Source: an uncultured Gemmatimonadales bacterium (GTDB taxonomy: Bacteria > Gemmatimonadota > Gemmatimonadetes > Gemmatimonadales > Gemmatimonadaceae). From it: 64,000 nt of DNA. Each line of letters starts with the position of its first letter. The first letter of the stretch is position 1. Under the pieces are notes generated by a model. The model did no database searches, was not told the origin of the DNA, and saw only the letters and a program-made list of their open reading frames with translations. The stretch covers positions 896,001 to 960,000 of the forward strand of contig CAWKNZ010000002.1 in NCBI GenBank assembly GCA_963851265.1. Direction: 5' to 3'. Below are positions 1-9,142 of this stretch, one piece after another. The position numbers were made by a program, and so were the translations under genes.

Positions 1-1066
1 CCTCGATCAGCCGCGCGACGGCCGCCGCCGCCGCGCCCGCCGTCTGTCCGCCGCGGTCGAAGAGGTCCGCCTGCGGCGCTGCGGCCGCCCGCGCGGCTTC
101 CACCCGCAGCGCGAGCCCGCACACGCCGTCCGGGAGCTCGACGCGTTCCAGCTCCGCTCGCAGCAGCCGGCGCCACGCGGCGGGGTCGGCGGTGTCGCGC
201 GCGGCCCGCACGCGCCGCTCCACCGCACCGCCGCCGGCGAGCTGCACCACGAGCGTCATCGCGCCCGCTCCCTCGCCGCGCGCGTCCAACGCCTCGCACA
301 CGCGCGCAACGAGCCGGCCCGCGACGAACAGCAGTCGCTCGGGCTCGCGCAGGTCGAACTCGGTCCACTCGAGCGACGCCGACGGCAGCGCGTGCCCGGC
401 GTGCCGGAACACGCGCCGCGCGTCGTCCGCCCGCGCGAGCTTCCAGAGGGCGACGCCTGCTGCCCCGAGCCGCACCTCCACCGCCTCCCGCGCGATGCGG
501 GCGAGCGCGCCGCACGTGACCACGCCCACGTCGGCGAGCGCCGCCACCGCCCGCGCCACCGCGGCCGGCGATACGGCGGCCGGCGATACGGCGGTCCCCG
601 TGTCGCCGGCCGCGTCGGCCGTCACCGAGGGCAGCAGCGTGCTCAGCGCGTGCGGGGCGAGGAACGCGCGCTCGGCGTTCGGCGCCACCCCGGTCAGCGG
701 CGCTTCCTGCCCGCCTCCCCCGCCTCCGTGCGCCCCCCAACGCGCCCCCCAACGCGCCGCCACCTCTGCGGCCACCGCGACGCGCGCGACCCCCACGCGC
801 GGCCGCGCGACGTGCTCTGCGCGCGCATGGCGCAACACTTCACGCGCCACCCAACGCGCCGGCAGCCCGCGCCCGTCCGCCCAGACGTACGTCCCGCCCT
901 CGGCCGGCACCACCACCGCGTGCGGCGTCACGCCGAGGAGTCGCGCGAGCAGCGGGGGCAACGCGCCTGCGTTAGGCGTCGTCGGCGCAGCCCCCGGCGG
1001 AGTCGCCTCCGCCGCCGGCTCCGCGGCGGTCGGCCGGTCGGGGGTCCAGAGCGTCACGAACGTCAT
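1..1066 (-). CDS. imuB: ImuB-like Y-family polymerase-fold protein (partial, runs off left edge)
   Basis: Not in the ORF track; translated by hand from ATG 1066: MTFVTLWTPDRP...LADVGVVTCGALARIAREAVEVRLGAAGVALWKLAR...LEWTEFDLREPERLLFVAGRLVARVCEALDARGEG...QADLF. This resembles ImuB thumb/little-finger regions and has a QxDLF clamp-binding-like motif. It lies directly downstream of and overlaps imuA. Confidence 0.7.
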   Translation of the reverse strand, partial: MTFVTLWTPDRPTAAEPAAEATPPGAAPTTPNAGALPPLLARLLGVTPHAVVVPAEGGTYVWADGRGLPARWVAREVLRHARAEHVARPRVGVARVAVAAEVAARWGARWGAHGGGGGGQEAPLTGVAPNAERAFLAPHALSTLLPSVTADAAGDTGTAVSPAAVSPAAVARAVAALADVGVVTCGALARIAREAVEVRLGAAGVALWKLARADDARRVFRHAGHALPSASLEWTEFDLREPERLLFVAGRLVARVCEALDARGEGAGAMTLVVQLAGGGAVERRVRAARDTADPAAWRRLLRAELERVELPDGVCGLALRVEAARAAAAPQADLFDRGGQTAGAAAAAVARLIE

Positions 1067-1757
1067 ACGCGGCCACCGCGAGCGTGACCTCCGCCCGCGC
1101 ATTCCACCCCAGCGCGCGCGCGCGCACCTCGGCACGCACCTCCGCCGGCGCCGCGGCGCCGAACGGCCCGCGCTGCCACCGCACCGCCCCCGGCAGCAGC
1201 CGCGACGTGATCCGCAGCGCGGCCATGCTCCCGCGCTCCGTGAGCACGACGAGCGCCGCCCCGCCGTCGCGCGTCGCCCGCGTGAGGCGCACCGTCTCGG
1301 TCCCCGCCGGCTCGCTCCCCGCCGCCATCTCGAGCACCACGAGCGCGAACGCCCCCGACCGCAGCACGAGCTCCGCACAGCGTAAGGCGTTCATCCGGTC
1401 GTTGGGCTGCACGACGAGTGGCAGCCGGTCCCCGCCGGGCGCGTCCGCCGCCGGCCACCCCCAGCCGTACGTCAGCGTCTCGGTGCCGTCGATCCAGGCG
1501 GCCCGCTCGCCGTCGGCGATCGCCGCGCGACACGCCGACCGCAGCACCGTCGCCGCCCCGGCCGCGGGCGCCCACGCCGTGAGCTTGCCCCGCGGCAGCC
1601 CGCCCCCCGGCAGCGCGCGGTCGAGCGCCGGGATGTTGGTCGACACCGGGCGCGCCAGCCGCTCCGCGTCCCGCTCGACCAACGGCCGCGCGTCCGGAAA
1701 CTGCTCGGCCAGCAGGCGCCGGACGTCCTGAATCGCGCGGAGCGGGGCGGCAGGCAC
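972..1757 (-). CDS. imuA: ImuA-like RecA-fold protein
   Basis: STNIPALDRALPGGGLPRGKLT RecA-like N-terminus with degenerate Walker A; AAWIDG; AELVLRSGAFALVVL; precedes an ImuB-like gene. Confidence 0.75.
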   Translation of the reverse strand: MPAAPLRAIQDVRRLLAEQFPDARPLVERDAERLARPVSTNIPALDRALPGGGLPRGKLTAWAPAAGAATVLRSACRAAIADGERAAWIDGTETLTYGWGWPAADAPGGDRLPLVVQPNDRMNALRCAELVLRSGAFALVVLEMAAGSEPAGTETVRLTRATRDGGAALVVLTERGSMAALRITSRLLPGAVRWQRGPFGAAAPAEVRAEVRARALGWNARAEVTLAVAAYDVRDALDPRPADRRGAGGGGDSAGGCADDA

Positions 1758-1859
1758 GGTGCGAGGTCCGGTGGCGGGGCGCGGGTGACGGGGGCATCCG
1801 GGTGGGCAGGGGTTAGGCAGCCGCGTCGGAACCCGCTCGGCGCGAGCGGCGGGCGGCCA

Positions 1860-1888
1860 ATGCTATCCCGAACGAATACCGAAAGCAA
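1860..1888 (-). promoter_or_regulatory. Sigma70-type promoter of imuAB with direct-repeat operator in the spacer
   Basis: Minus strand TTGCTT (1888-1883), 17 nt spacer, TAGCAT (1865-1860). The spacer holds CCGAA at 1868-1872 and 1879-1883 (11 bp period). Confidence 0.6.
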
Positions 1889-1932
1889 GGAACGCGCTCG
1901 CGCGTCCGTCGCGCCAGGCCGGCCCAACGCAT

Positions 1933-1968
1933 GCGGGCCCCGCAGACGCCGAGGTCTGCGGGGCCCGC
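1933..1968 (-). terminator. GC-rich hairpin after the Ig-repeat lipoprotein gene
   Basis: 15 bp perfect inverted repeat GCGGGCCCCGCAGAC / GTCTGCGGGGCCCGC with a 6 nt loop, about 50 nt past the stop at 2017; no strong U-tail. Confidence 0.5.
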
Positions 1969-2016
1969 GCCCGCGTGTCGCCGTTAGCCCGGCCCTACGG
2001 CCGGGTCACCGCCGCC

Positions 2017-3933
2017 TCACGGGTCGAACTGCGCCGCCACCGCCGACACGCCGTTCGCCGGGACGAGGCAGGTACCGTCGGTCTGGACCGCCGGGCACCC
2101 GAGCCAGCGCGTGAAGTGGTACCCGCTGGCCGGAATGGCCGTCAGGACCTCTCCCCTGGCGGGAACGCGGCTCGGGACCCACGGCGCGATGCAGGTGCCG
2201 CCGTCGGGGCTGTTGGCCTGCGACCGGTCGCACGGGGCCGAGATGACCAACGTCGTGATCGTGATCGCGCCGAGGCCGGCGCCGGTCGGCGCGACCGTGA
2301 CGCCGTTCGCCGACGACAGCGACGCGAACGTCGCGACCGGGGTCGCACCGCCCGCCCCGATCGTGAACACGCACGTCGTCCCGCTCGACGCGCACGACAC
2401 CCCGCTCCACCCGGTGAACGAGCTGAGCGCGTCCGGCGTCGCCGTCAGCGTGACCTGGGTGCCCGCCGTGTACTGCGTCGTGCACGTCGCGCCGATCGTG
2501 ATGCCGCCGAGTTGGTGACAGCTGATCGTGCCCGCGGCCCCCGCCGGCGAACTCGTCACGTACCCGCCGCCGTTGGCGGTGCCGACCGTGTTGAGCGTGA
2601 GCGAGACGGCCGCCGCGAAGGCCACGCCGACCGTCTTGTTCGTCGTCACCGAGGCGAGCGTACACGCGCCCGAACCGCTGCAGTCCCCGCTGAACGAGAA
2701 CGCCTGCGCGGACGGGTTGGCGCGGGTCACGTTCACCGTCACCGTCGCCCCGAAGTCGACCGACCGGGGGCACGTGACCGTCGTCTGGCCCGAGGCGAGC
2801 GTGCACACCGTCGCGTCCACCGCGCCGCCCGTAGCCGACAGCGTCGCGGAGCCGCCGGTCCCGGTCGGGTCGGTCAGCGTGAGCGTGAGCGTCGACGCGC
2901 GGTCGTGCGCGGAGAGGAACTGCACCGTGGCGTTCCGCGCGGCGCTCGGCGTGACCGTGCAGGTCGCGCTCGTGCCGGCCGTGCTGCAGTCGCCGCCCCA
3001 GCCCCCGAACGTGCTGCCGGCGTCGGGCGCCGCGGTGAGCGTGACCGCCGAATCGCTCGGGAACGGGCGCGAGGTGCAGCTCGAACCCGACGGCGTGCCG
3101 TTCACGATGCGGCACGCGAGACCCGCCGGGCTCGACGCCACCGATCCGGTGCCCGTCGCCCCGCTCACGCCGGCGATCGTGACCGTGTTGGCCGTGAACA
3201 CCGTGACCGGCAGGGTCGCCGTCTGGCCGGCCACGCTGGCGCTGACCACGGTGTTGCCCACCGTGACCGGGGTGAGGAGCCCCGAGGTCGCGTCGACGGT
3301 CGCCACCGAGGCGGTGTTCGACGACCACGACACGGCCCGGCCCGCGAGCACGTTGTTGCTCGCGTCGAGCACCCGCGCGGTGAGCTGGAGCGGGGCGCCC
3401 ACGACGGCGCGCGCGCTCGGCGAGGTCCCCGTCGGGGTGAGGATCTGCACCGACGCGACCTGAACGAAGCTCACGGCCGGGCTCACCGTCAGCGTGGCGC
3501 CGCCCGCGAGCGTGTACGGGCCGACGCTCTGCGCGTCGACGGCCGTGCCGCCCGCGAGGAGCGTCAGCTGCAAGTGCACCCCGCAGGTCGTCGCCGACGA
3601 GCCGCCCGCGCGCGCGGCGTCGTTGAGGCAGGGCGCGAGGTCGAGCGTGAACGGGACGTTCTGCGACCCGCCCCCCGAGACCGCGACGGTCTGCGTGGCG
3701 AGGGCGCCCGCCGCGCCGCTCGCGCGGTCGTACGTGGCGACGACTTGGACGCCGAGCGAGCCGGCGTTTGGGGCGACGGAGATCTGCGTCGGAACGGTGA
3801 CGGCGACGGTGGTGACGGGCGATTTGACGCCGGTGCCGCTGTCACTGCCACCGCCGCACGCGCCAGCCGCCGTGAGGACGGCTGCGACGGCGAGCGTGCG
3901 GCGCAGGGTGAGAACGCTACGAGGCTGCAGCAT
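2017..3933 (-). CDS. Surface lipoprotein with bacterial Ig-like (Big_2) domain and several divergent InlB B-repeat-like domains
   Basis: Signal peptide with lipobox (..VLTAAGA-C). VSWSSNTASVATVDATSGLLTPVTVGNTVVSAS is Big_2-like. Repeated VTLTAxP..SxFxGWxG.C units; Thr/Gly/Ser-rich with paired Cys. Start chosen at ATG 3933. Confidence 0.75.
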   Translation of the reverse strand: MLQPRSVLTLRRTLAVAAVLTAAGACGGGSDSGTGVKSPVTTVAVTVPTQISVAPNAGSLGVQVVATYDRASGAAGALATQTVAVSGGGSQNVPFTLDLAPCLNDAARAGGSSATTCGVHLQLTLLAGGTAVDAQSVGPYTLAGGATLTVSPAVSFVQVASVQILTPTGTSPSARAVVGAPLQLTARVLDASNNVLAGRAVSWSSNTASVATVDATSGLLTPVTVGNTVVSASVAGQTATLPVTVFTANTVTIAGVSGATGTGSVASSPAGLACRIVNGTPSGSSCTSRPFPSDSAVTLTAAPDAGSTFGGWGGDCSTAGTSATCTVTPSAARNATVQFLSAHDRASTLTLTLTDPTGTGGSATLSATGGAVDATVCTLASGQTTVTCPRSVDFGATVTVNVTRANPSAQAFSFSGDCSGSGACTLASVTTNKTVGVAFAAAVSLTLNTVGTANGGGYVTSSPAGAAGTISCHQLGGITIGATCTTQYTAGTQVTLTATPDALSSFTGWSGVSCASSGTTCVFTIGAGGATPVATFASLSSANGVTVAPTGAGLGAITITTLVISAPCDRSQANSPDGGTCIAPWVPSRVPARGEVLTAIPASGYHFTRWLGCPAVQTDGTCLVPANGVSAVAAQFDP

Positions 3934-4181
3934 GGATAGGCGCGAGGGGCTCGCCGGGCGGGGCGCCACGTGCGCCCCGCCCGGCGGGCTCGATTTGCCA
4001 GTACAGTAGTCGCGCGTACACCCGGCGCGGAATGTCGGGAATGTGCAACAGTGCGATCGTAGCACGCGCGCCACGGGCGTCCGGCCCGGTGGCGGGTGGG
4101 CGCCGTGCTTCCGTTAGGCGCGGCACGGCGCGCCGACCGGCTACGTTTCGACGCCCGTCGACCCCTCCCACTTTCGCGCCC

Positions 4182-4775
4182 GTGTCCACACCCGACGCCC
4201 CCGACCTCGCGTTCCCGCGGCCCCGGCCCGCGTCTGCGGCCGACCCCGCCGCTCGGCCAGCCGCCTTCTCCGACGGCGGGGCGCCCGGCGCGGGCCCCGC
4301 GGCCGCGGCAGTCCCGAGCCGACGCGCGGCCGACGCACCCGCGCACGGTCTCCGCACACGGCCCGTCGACCGGATGCTGCACATGCTGCTGCTCGCCGCG
4401 GAGCGCGACGTGCGGGTGGGCCTGACGGTCAGCGTGGGGGACGTGCTCGTGACCGGCAACCTGATCGGCACCGTCGCGTACTGCCGCGCCGTCGCCGACC
4501 AGTTCGCGACGGCCGCCGGGGGGACCGGAATGGACGAATCCTTTGCCGAGGCGTTCCGGGGACTCGTCGACGACGCGTACGGCGCGGCGCACGGCGACCG
4601 GCGTCAGCCAGCCGACGCCGCCGCATACGAGCGTGCGGTCGAATTCGTCCACCTCGAGGACGCGCGATACATGACCGGAGCCGGGCTCCTCCCCATCACG
4701 CGGCGCGGCGTACTCTGGTGTTGTCGCGCCGACGACGTCACGGCGTGGAGCATCGGTGATCTGACCCACGGCTGA
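4182..4775 (+). CDS. GvpU-like protein (gas vesicle accessory family homolog)
   Basis: VGLTVSVGDVLVTGNLIG..YC...FVHLEDARY...VLWCCRADDVTAWSIGDL matches my recollection of the GvpU-family pattern (TL.V.G..VSG.LI...FIHL...LW.....V..F..G). Start uncertain. Confidence 0.5.
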   Translation: MSTPDAPDLAFPRPRPASAADPAARPAAFSDGGAPGAGPAAAAVPSRRAADAPAHGLRTRPVDRMLHMLLLAAERDVRVGLTVSVGDVLVTGNLIGTVAYCRAVADQFATAAGGTGMDESFAEAFRGLVDDAYGAAHGDRRQPADAAAYERAVEFVHLEDARYMTGAGLLPITRRGVLWCCRADDVTAWSIGDLTHG

Positions 4776-5003
4776 CCGGGCCCGACCTCCGGGCCCGGCG
4801 ATTGGGGCCGGGATGGAAGGGGGAGAGAGGAGCGCGAACACGATCTCGCGGCCGCCTGTCACGCGTCCTCGCCGAACACGGGCGAGCCTGTTACGATGGG
4901 CGTGTAGCAAAGATGTGACCTGGCTCACCAAATTGTGGCCGGCCACGTCCGCGGGCCTCGACCGACTCCCCAGCACTCTCCCCTCCCAATCCCCCCCCGT
5001 TCC

Positions 5004-5795
5004 ATGCATCGTTGGCTCTCGACCGCTGTGATCGCGACCGCTCTTCTCGCGGCTCCCGCCGCCGCGCAGATCACGCCGGGCAGCACCTTCACGTTCAGAG
5101 GCGTTGCGAACGCCTCCGACATCGGACTCGGTGGCGTGATGCTCGATTTCTCTCCGAAGGTGATCGCGGCCGCGTCGGCCAACACCGGCTCGTTCGGCGT
5201 GTTCAACACGGACGCCGATGGCGGGATGTCGGGCGACGTCGCGGGCATTCGCGTGGGGAACGGCGACAACCCGGTCGCTAACTTCCTCACGCTCGGGGGC
5301 TTTCGCTTCAGCATCGCGTCACTCCCGAGCGGGATGTACGCGCAGGACGCCTGCTACGTCGAACCGGAGCTGGGGCAGACCTGCACGCCGTTCCAGTCGG
5401 TCCAGGGTGATCCTGCGGTGAACGCCGGGATGTCGCCGTTCTACGTTGCGAATCTCGACTCGGGTGATCCCGACGCGCCCATGAACTCGACGGCGGCGTT
5501 CGCACTGCTCGGTACCGTGACCGGCCCCGACGGTTACGTCTCGACGTTCACGGGAACGGTCGCGTCGTCATTCGTCGGGCTGCCGTACCAGTACGTGCTC
5601 TACACGCTCGAGCAGGACGGACTGCAGGACGTGACGTTCACCGGCCGGTTCGTTGCCGGCCCCGTGATCGGCCGCACCGACGCCGTGCCGCCGATCGACA
5701 CCGCCGTTACGCCCGAGCCCGCGACGTACGCCCTGCTCGGCTTCGGGCTCGCCGGCGTGGCCGGCGTGAGTCGCCGGCGCAAGGCACGCACGTAA
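5004..5795 (+). CDS. PEP-CTERM sorting domain protein
   Basis: N-terminal signal peptide (MHRWLSTAVIATALLAAPAAA); C-terminal TPEPATYALLGFGLAGVAGVSRRRKART. Confidence 0.85.
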   Translation: MHRWLSTAVIATALLAAPAAAQITPGSTFTFRGVANASDIGLGGVMLDFSPKVIAAASANTGSFGVFNTDADGGMSGDVAGIRVGNGDNPVANFLTLGGFRFSIASLPSGMYAQDACYVEPELGQTCTPFQSVQGDPAVNAGMSPFYVANLDSGDPDAPMNSTAAFALLGTVTGPDGYVSTFTGTVASSFVGLPYQYVLYTLEQDGLQDVTFTGRFVAGPVIGRTDAVPPIDTAVTPEPATYALLGFGLAGVAGVSRRRKART

Positions 5796-6098
5796 CGCGG
5801 CGCACGCGCAGCGATGACGACGTAAGGCGGAGCGGCCACTGCGGTCGCTCCGCCTCTTCGTTGAGCGGAATTCGGCGTGCGTCGCGCCGACGCCACACGC
5901 TCGCGACATCTGTTTGCGCGGCGTGTACGCGCGACCTGACGCTGTCCGAACCAGATCGATCACGTTCGAACCATGTGCGAACGTCGACCCGACGATTGTG
6001 GCAATTGCTGTAGCACTCACACTACGCATTCGCGGGCACGTCCACTACGAAACGAGCGCGAGTGCAGTTCGCCCCGCGTACGGTCCGATCGGGTGCGC

Positions 6099-6115
6099 CG
6101 GCACGCGGTGTGCTT
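6099..6115 (+). promoter_or_regulatory. Possible sigma54 -24/-12 promoter upstream of the second PEP-CTERM gene
   Basis: CGGCACGCGGTGTGCTT has GG(6100-6101)-N10-GC(6112-6113), resembling TGGCACG-N4-TTGCW. Short motif in GC-rich DNA, so weak. Confidence 0.25.
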
Positions 6116-6361
6116 GTAGCTGCGGCGAACGTCGTGGTGCAGTGGGACGGGCGAGACCGCGATGTAGCAGGTGTGTGACTAATTGATATCAAGTGTGATT
6201 TCAGAGTCATTCGACCTGGCATATAGCATCTGACGGCAGTACGTTGGGGCTGTTCGGTGGCGCTCCCGGTTCAACCAGGTGCGACACTGTCACAGGTCCA
6301 CACTCAGCACGGGGGCTGCGTGTGGACGGTTAGTCCAGAGATCCACCTTCAGGGGGGCAGG

Positions 6362-7066
6362 ATGATTCGTTCGTTCACGTTCAAGGCCGTGACGGCAGCC
6401 ACGCTGTCGTTTGCGGTGGCGTCGGTTGCATCGGCGCAAACCCAGAGCCGGCTCAACTTCAGCGGCTCGGTCAACATTCAGGACGCGCCCAACAGCGGCG
6501 GCGCGAACCTGCTGCTCGACTTCCTCGCGGGCCCCAACCAGAACGTCGGCGGCACGCCCACGGGGAACGTGATCGCGGTCCCGACGATCAACGGCATCTT
6601 CACGCCGGCGATCGCGCCGGGCACGCAGGGCATCATCTCCGACCTCACGATCTCGCCCGCGGGCGTGGTCGGGCTGCCGGTGAGCCCGTTCCTCACGATC
6701 GGCGGCTACACCTTCACGCTCCAGGGCACGCAGAACAGCCCGGGCGCCGTCACCTTCGGGCCGATCGCGCTCAACCCGGCCGGCACGCAGGGCTCGACGG
6801 CGACGTTCTCGGTGTTCGGCACCGAGACCGGCCCGGTCGGGGGCATGCAGACGTTCAGCGGCGTGTTCACGGCGCAGTTCGCCGGCCTGACGCCGACGCA
6901 GGTCTTCAACACGATCAACTCGGGCGGCGTGCTGTCGGCCGTGTCGATCTCGGCGGAGTTCCTCGTCCCCGCGACGGTCACCACGCCGGAGCCGGCCACG
7001 TACGCGCTCCTGGCGACCGGGCTCGGCGCCCTGGGCCTCGTCGCCCGCCGCCGCCGCCAGGCGTAA
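6362..7066 (+). CDS. PEP-CTERM sorting domain protein (paralog of 5004-5795)
   Basis: Purine-rich RBS; signal peptide ending ASVASA-Q; C-terminal TTPEPATYALLATGLGALGLVARRRRQA. Confidence 0.88.
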   Translation: MIRSFTFKAVTAATLSFAVASVASAQTQSRLNFSGSVNIQDAPNSGGANLLLDFLAGPNQNVGGTPTGNVIAVPTINGIFTPAIAPGTQGIISDLTISPAGVVGLPVSPFLTIGGYTFTLQGTQNSPGAVTFGPIALNPAGTQGSTATFSVFGTETGPVGGMQTFSGVFTAQFAGLTPTQVFNTINSGGVLSAVSISAEFLVPATVTTPEPATYALLATGLGALGLVARRRRQA

Positions 7067-7135
7067 CAACACGGCCCCGCCGGTACGCGGAGCTCGCGGG
7101 ACTGAGTCCCGCGTACCCGACGGGCCTTGAGTGCA

Positions 7136-7186
7136 CGACGAAACGAGTGGGGCGGCGCACCGTGCGCCGCCCCACTCGTTTCGTCG
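7136..7186. terminator. Bidirectional terminator / long perfect hairpin
   Basis: 25 bp perfect arms CGACGAAACGAGTGGGGCGGCGCAC-C-GTGCGCCGCCCCACTCGTTTCGTCG between convergent genes. Confidence 0.7.
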
Positions 7187-7200
7187 CGTCCGGCCGTACG

Positions 7201-8790
7201 TTAGGCCGCGCGGGACGCGCCCGGCCGGGCGCCCGGCGATTCGTTAGGCGTCACCGCGGCCGCGCGTTCTGCAGTTGACGCACGCTCGCCCTCGGCCGAC
7301 GGCTGGCCGCGGCGGTGGGCGAGGGCGGCGCGGGCCTCGGCGACGGCGTCGGCGAGGCGGGCGGCGGCGTCGGCGCACTGGGCGGGGGTGTGGTCGGCCT
7401 GGGCCTGGAGGCGGAAGCGCGCGGCGCGCACGCCGACGGCGGGGAACTCGACCAGGTTGGCGAAGAGCCCGCGGCGCAGCACGCCGCCGCTGGCCAGGCG
7501 CGCCAGCGGGGTGTGGCCGATGAGCACGGGCACCACGGCGGCGGGCTCGCCGAGGCACGCGAGCCCGCGCGCGCCGAGCGCCGCGCGCAGCGCCGCGACG
7601 TTGGCCAGCAGGCGCTCGCGGCGCGCGGCGCCCTCGGGCCCGCGCACGATGGCGAGCGCCGCGCGCACCACGGCCACCTGCAGCGGCGAGAGCGCGTTGG
7701 AGAACGTGTAGGGGCCGCCGTAGGCCTCCAGGTAGGCGCGCACCCCGGCGGAGCGCGTGGCCACGAAGCCGCCGTTCGAGGCGAAGGTCTTCGAGAACGC
7801 GCCCATCACCAGGTCCACCTCGCCCAGGAGCCCCGAGCGCCCCACGTGCCCCGTGCCCCCGGGGCCGAGCGCGCCGAAGTCGTGCGCCACGTCGACCAGG
7901 AGCGTCGCCTGGTACTCGCGGCACACCGCGCGCATGGCGCCGAGGTCGGGCGAGTCGGCGTCCATCGAGAACAGGCCCTCGGTGAGCACCAGGATCCCGT
8001 GGCGCGCGTCGGCCGCGCGGATCTGGGCGAGCGCGCGCGCCAGGGCCGGCACGCTCAGGTGCTCCACGCGCGTCACGTTCGCGGTGGCCGCCTGCGCCCC
8101 GGTCTGCAGCGAGGCGTGCGCCAGGCGGTCCATGACCACGTGGTCGTCGGGGCGCACCAGCGCGGTCACCGCCGCGAACGCCGCGCCCCAGCCGCTGGAG
8201 AAGAGCACCACGTGCTCCACGCCCAGCGCCTCGCCCAGCTCGCGCTCCAGCGCGCGCGAGGCCGCCGAGCGCCCCTGCAGCGCGCCCGAGCCCCCGGAGT
8301 GCACGCCGAAGCGCTCGAGCGCGTCGGCCGCGGCCGCCCGCACCGCCGGGTGCGCCGCGAGCGAGAGGTAGTCCTGCGTGGCGAAGTTGAGCCCCTCCAC
8401 GTAGCCCGCCCCCGCCGCCGCGTCCCCGGCCGCCCCGGGCGCGAACCGCGCCCCCTCGGCCCGCGCCACCGGGCCCACGCCCCCCTCCACCGCCCGCGCG
8501 TACGGCCACACCTCGGCCGCGCGCCGCGCCGCGATCCACGGCGCGATCCCCGCCGTGCGCGCCACCAGGTCCGGCCCGCTCGGCCGCGCGAACTCCGCGA
8601 AGCTCCCCCGCAGCGGGTCCACCCCCGCCCACGCCCCCGCGTCGAGCGCCCCCGCCGCGACCCCGGCCGCCGACGCGCCCGCGGCGGCCGCGGGCGGCGT
8701 AGACGGATCAGAGGGAGGAACGAGCGACGGATGAAGCGGCACGAGGAACGCGGTTCGGGACAGCGGAGCGACGAAGCCAGACAGGATCAC
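7201..8790 (-). CDS. PLP-dependent alpha-oxoamine synthase family protein (KBL/BioF/SPT/CqsA-like)
   Basis: NFATQDYLSLA, GVHSGGS, LFSSGWGA, DRLAHASL, EGLFSMD, DVAHDFG, GAFSKTF (PLP Lys). The true start may be downstream of 8790. Confidence 0.85.
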   Translation of the reverse strand: MILSGFVAPLSRTAFLVPLHPSLVPPSDPSTPPAAAAGASAAGVAAGALDAGAWAGVDPLRGSFAEFARPSGPDLVARTAGIAPWIAARRAAEVWPYARAVEGGVGPVARAEGARFAPGAAGDAAAGAGYVEGLNFATQDYLSLAAHPAVRAAAADALERFGVHSGGSGALQGRSAASRALERELGEALGVEHVVLFSSGWGAAFAAVTALVRPDDHVVMDRLAHASLQTGAQAATANVTRVEHLSVPALARALAQIRAADARHGILVLTEGLFSMDADSPDLGAMRAVCREYQATLLVDVAHDFGALGPGGTGHVGRSGLLGEVDLVMGAFSKTFASNGGFVATRSAGVRAYLEAYGGPYTFSNALSPLQVAVVRAALAIVRGPEGAARRERLLANVAALRAALGARGLACLGEPAAVVPVLIGHTPLARLASGGVLRRGLFANLVEFPAVGVRAARFRLQAQADHTPAQCADAAARLADAVAEARAALAHRRGQPSAEGERASTAERAAAVTPNESPGARPGASRAA

Positions 8791-8948
8791 GCACGAGGAC
8801 CCCTACGAACGACGGCGCGCCAGGTCGACCAACGGGCGGAACGATCTCATCTCCTGAGATCGTGTCGCCCGAGTCGCCCTGAACGCGCCCGGTCCTACGA
8901 TGTCATGTTCCGTCATGTGCGTCGACCGGGAGCGTGACCGGCAGACGA

Positions 8949-8980
8949 AACGCGCGGCCGATCGTGATCGGCCGCGCGTT
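8949..8980 (-). terminator. Intrinsic terminator-like hairpin after small ORF 8999-9142
   Basis: 15 bp perfect inverted repeat AACGCGCGGCCGATC / GATCGGCCGCGCGTT; the minus-strand stem ends in TTTCG. Confidence 0.55.
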
Positions 8981-8998
8981 CACACAACCTGCTGCAGC

Positions 8999-9142
8999 CT
9001 AGCGGCGGGCGACGTGTGAAGCGAAGTGCGGCGCCGACGACGAGAAGAGCGCGACCATCCAGCGAACCGGAACGCGCGGCACCGACGCGCGCTGCATCCG
9101 GGAGCTCAGCATGATCGAACGCAGCACGATGGAACGCAGCAT
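8999..9142 (-). CDS. Small 47-aa ORF of unknown function
   Basis: AGGAG RBS 8 nt before the ATG at 9142; MLRSIVLRSIMLSSRMQRASVPRVPVRWMVALFSSSAPHFASHVARR; followed by a terminator-like hairpin. Confidence 0.4.
   Translation of the reverse strand: MLRSIVLRSIMLSSRMQRASVPRVPVRWMVALFSSSAPHFASHVARR

Noticed and set aside
7201..8790. bioF gene symbol
   Set aside because: Family is clear but substrate is not; no biotin genes nearby.
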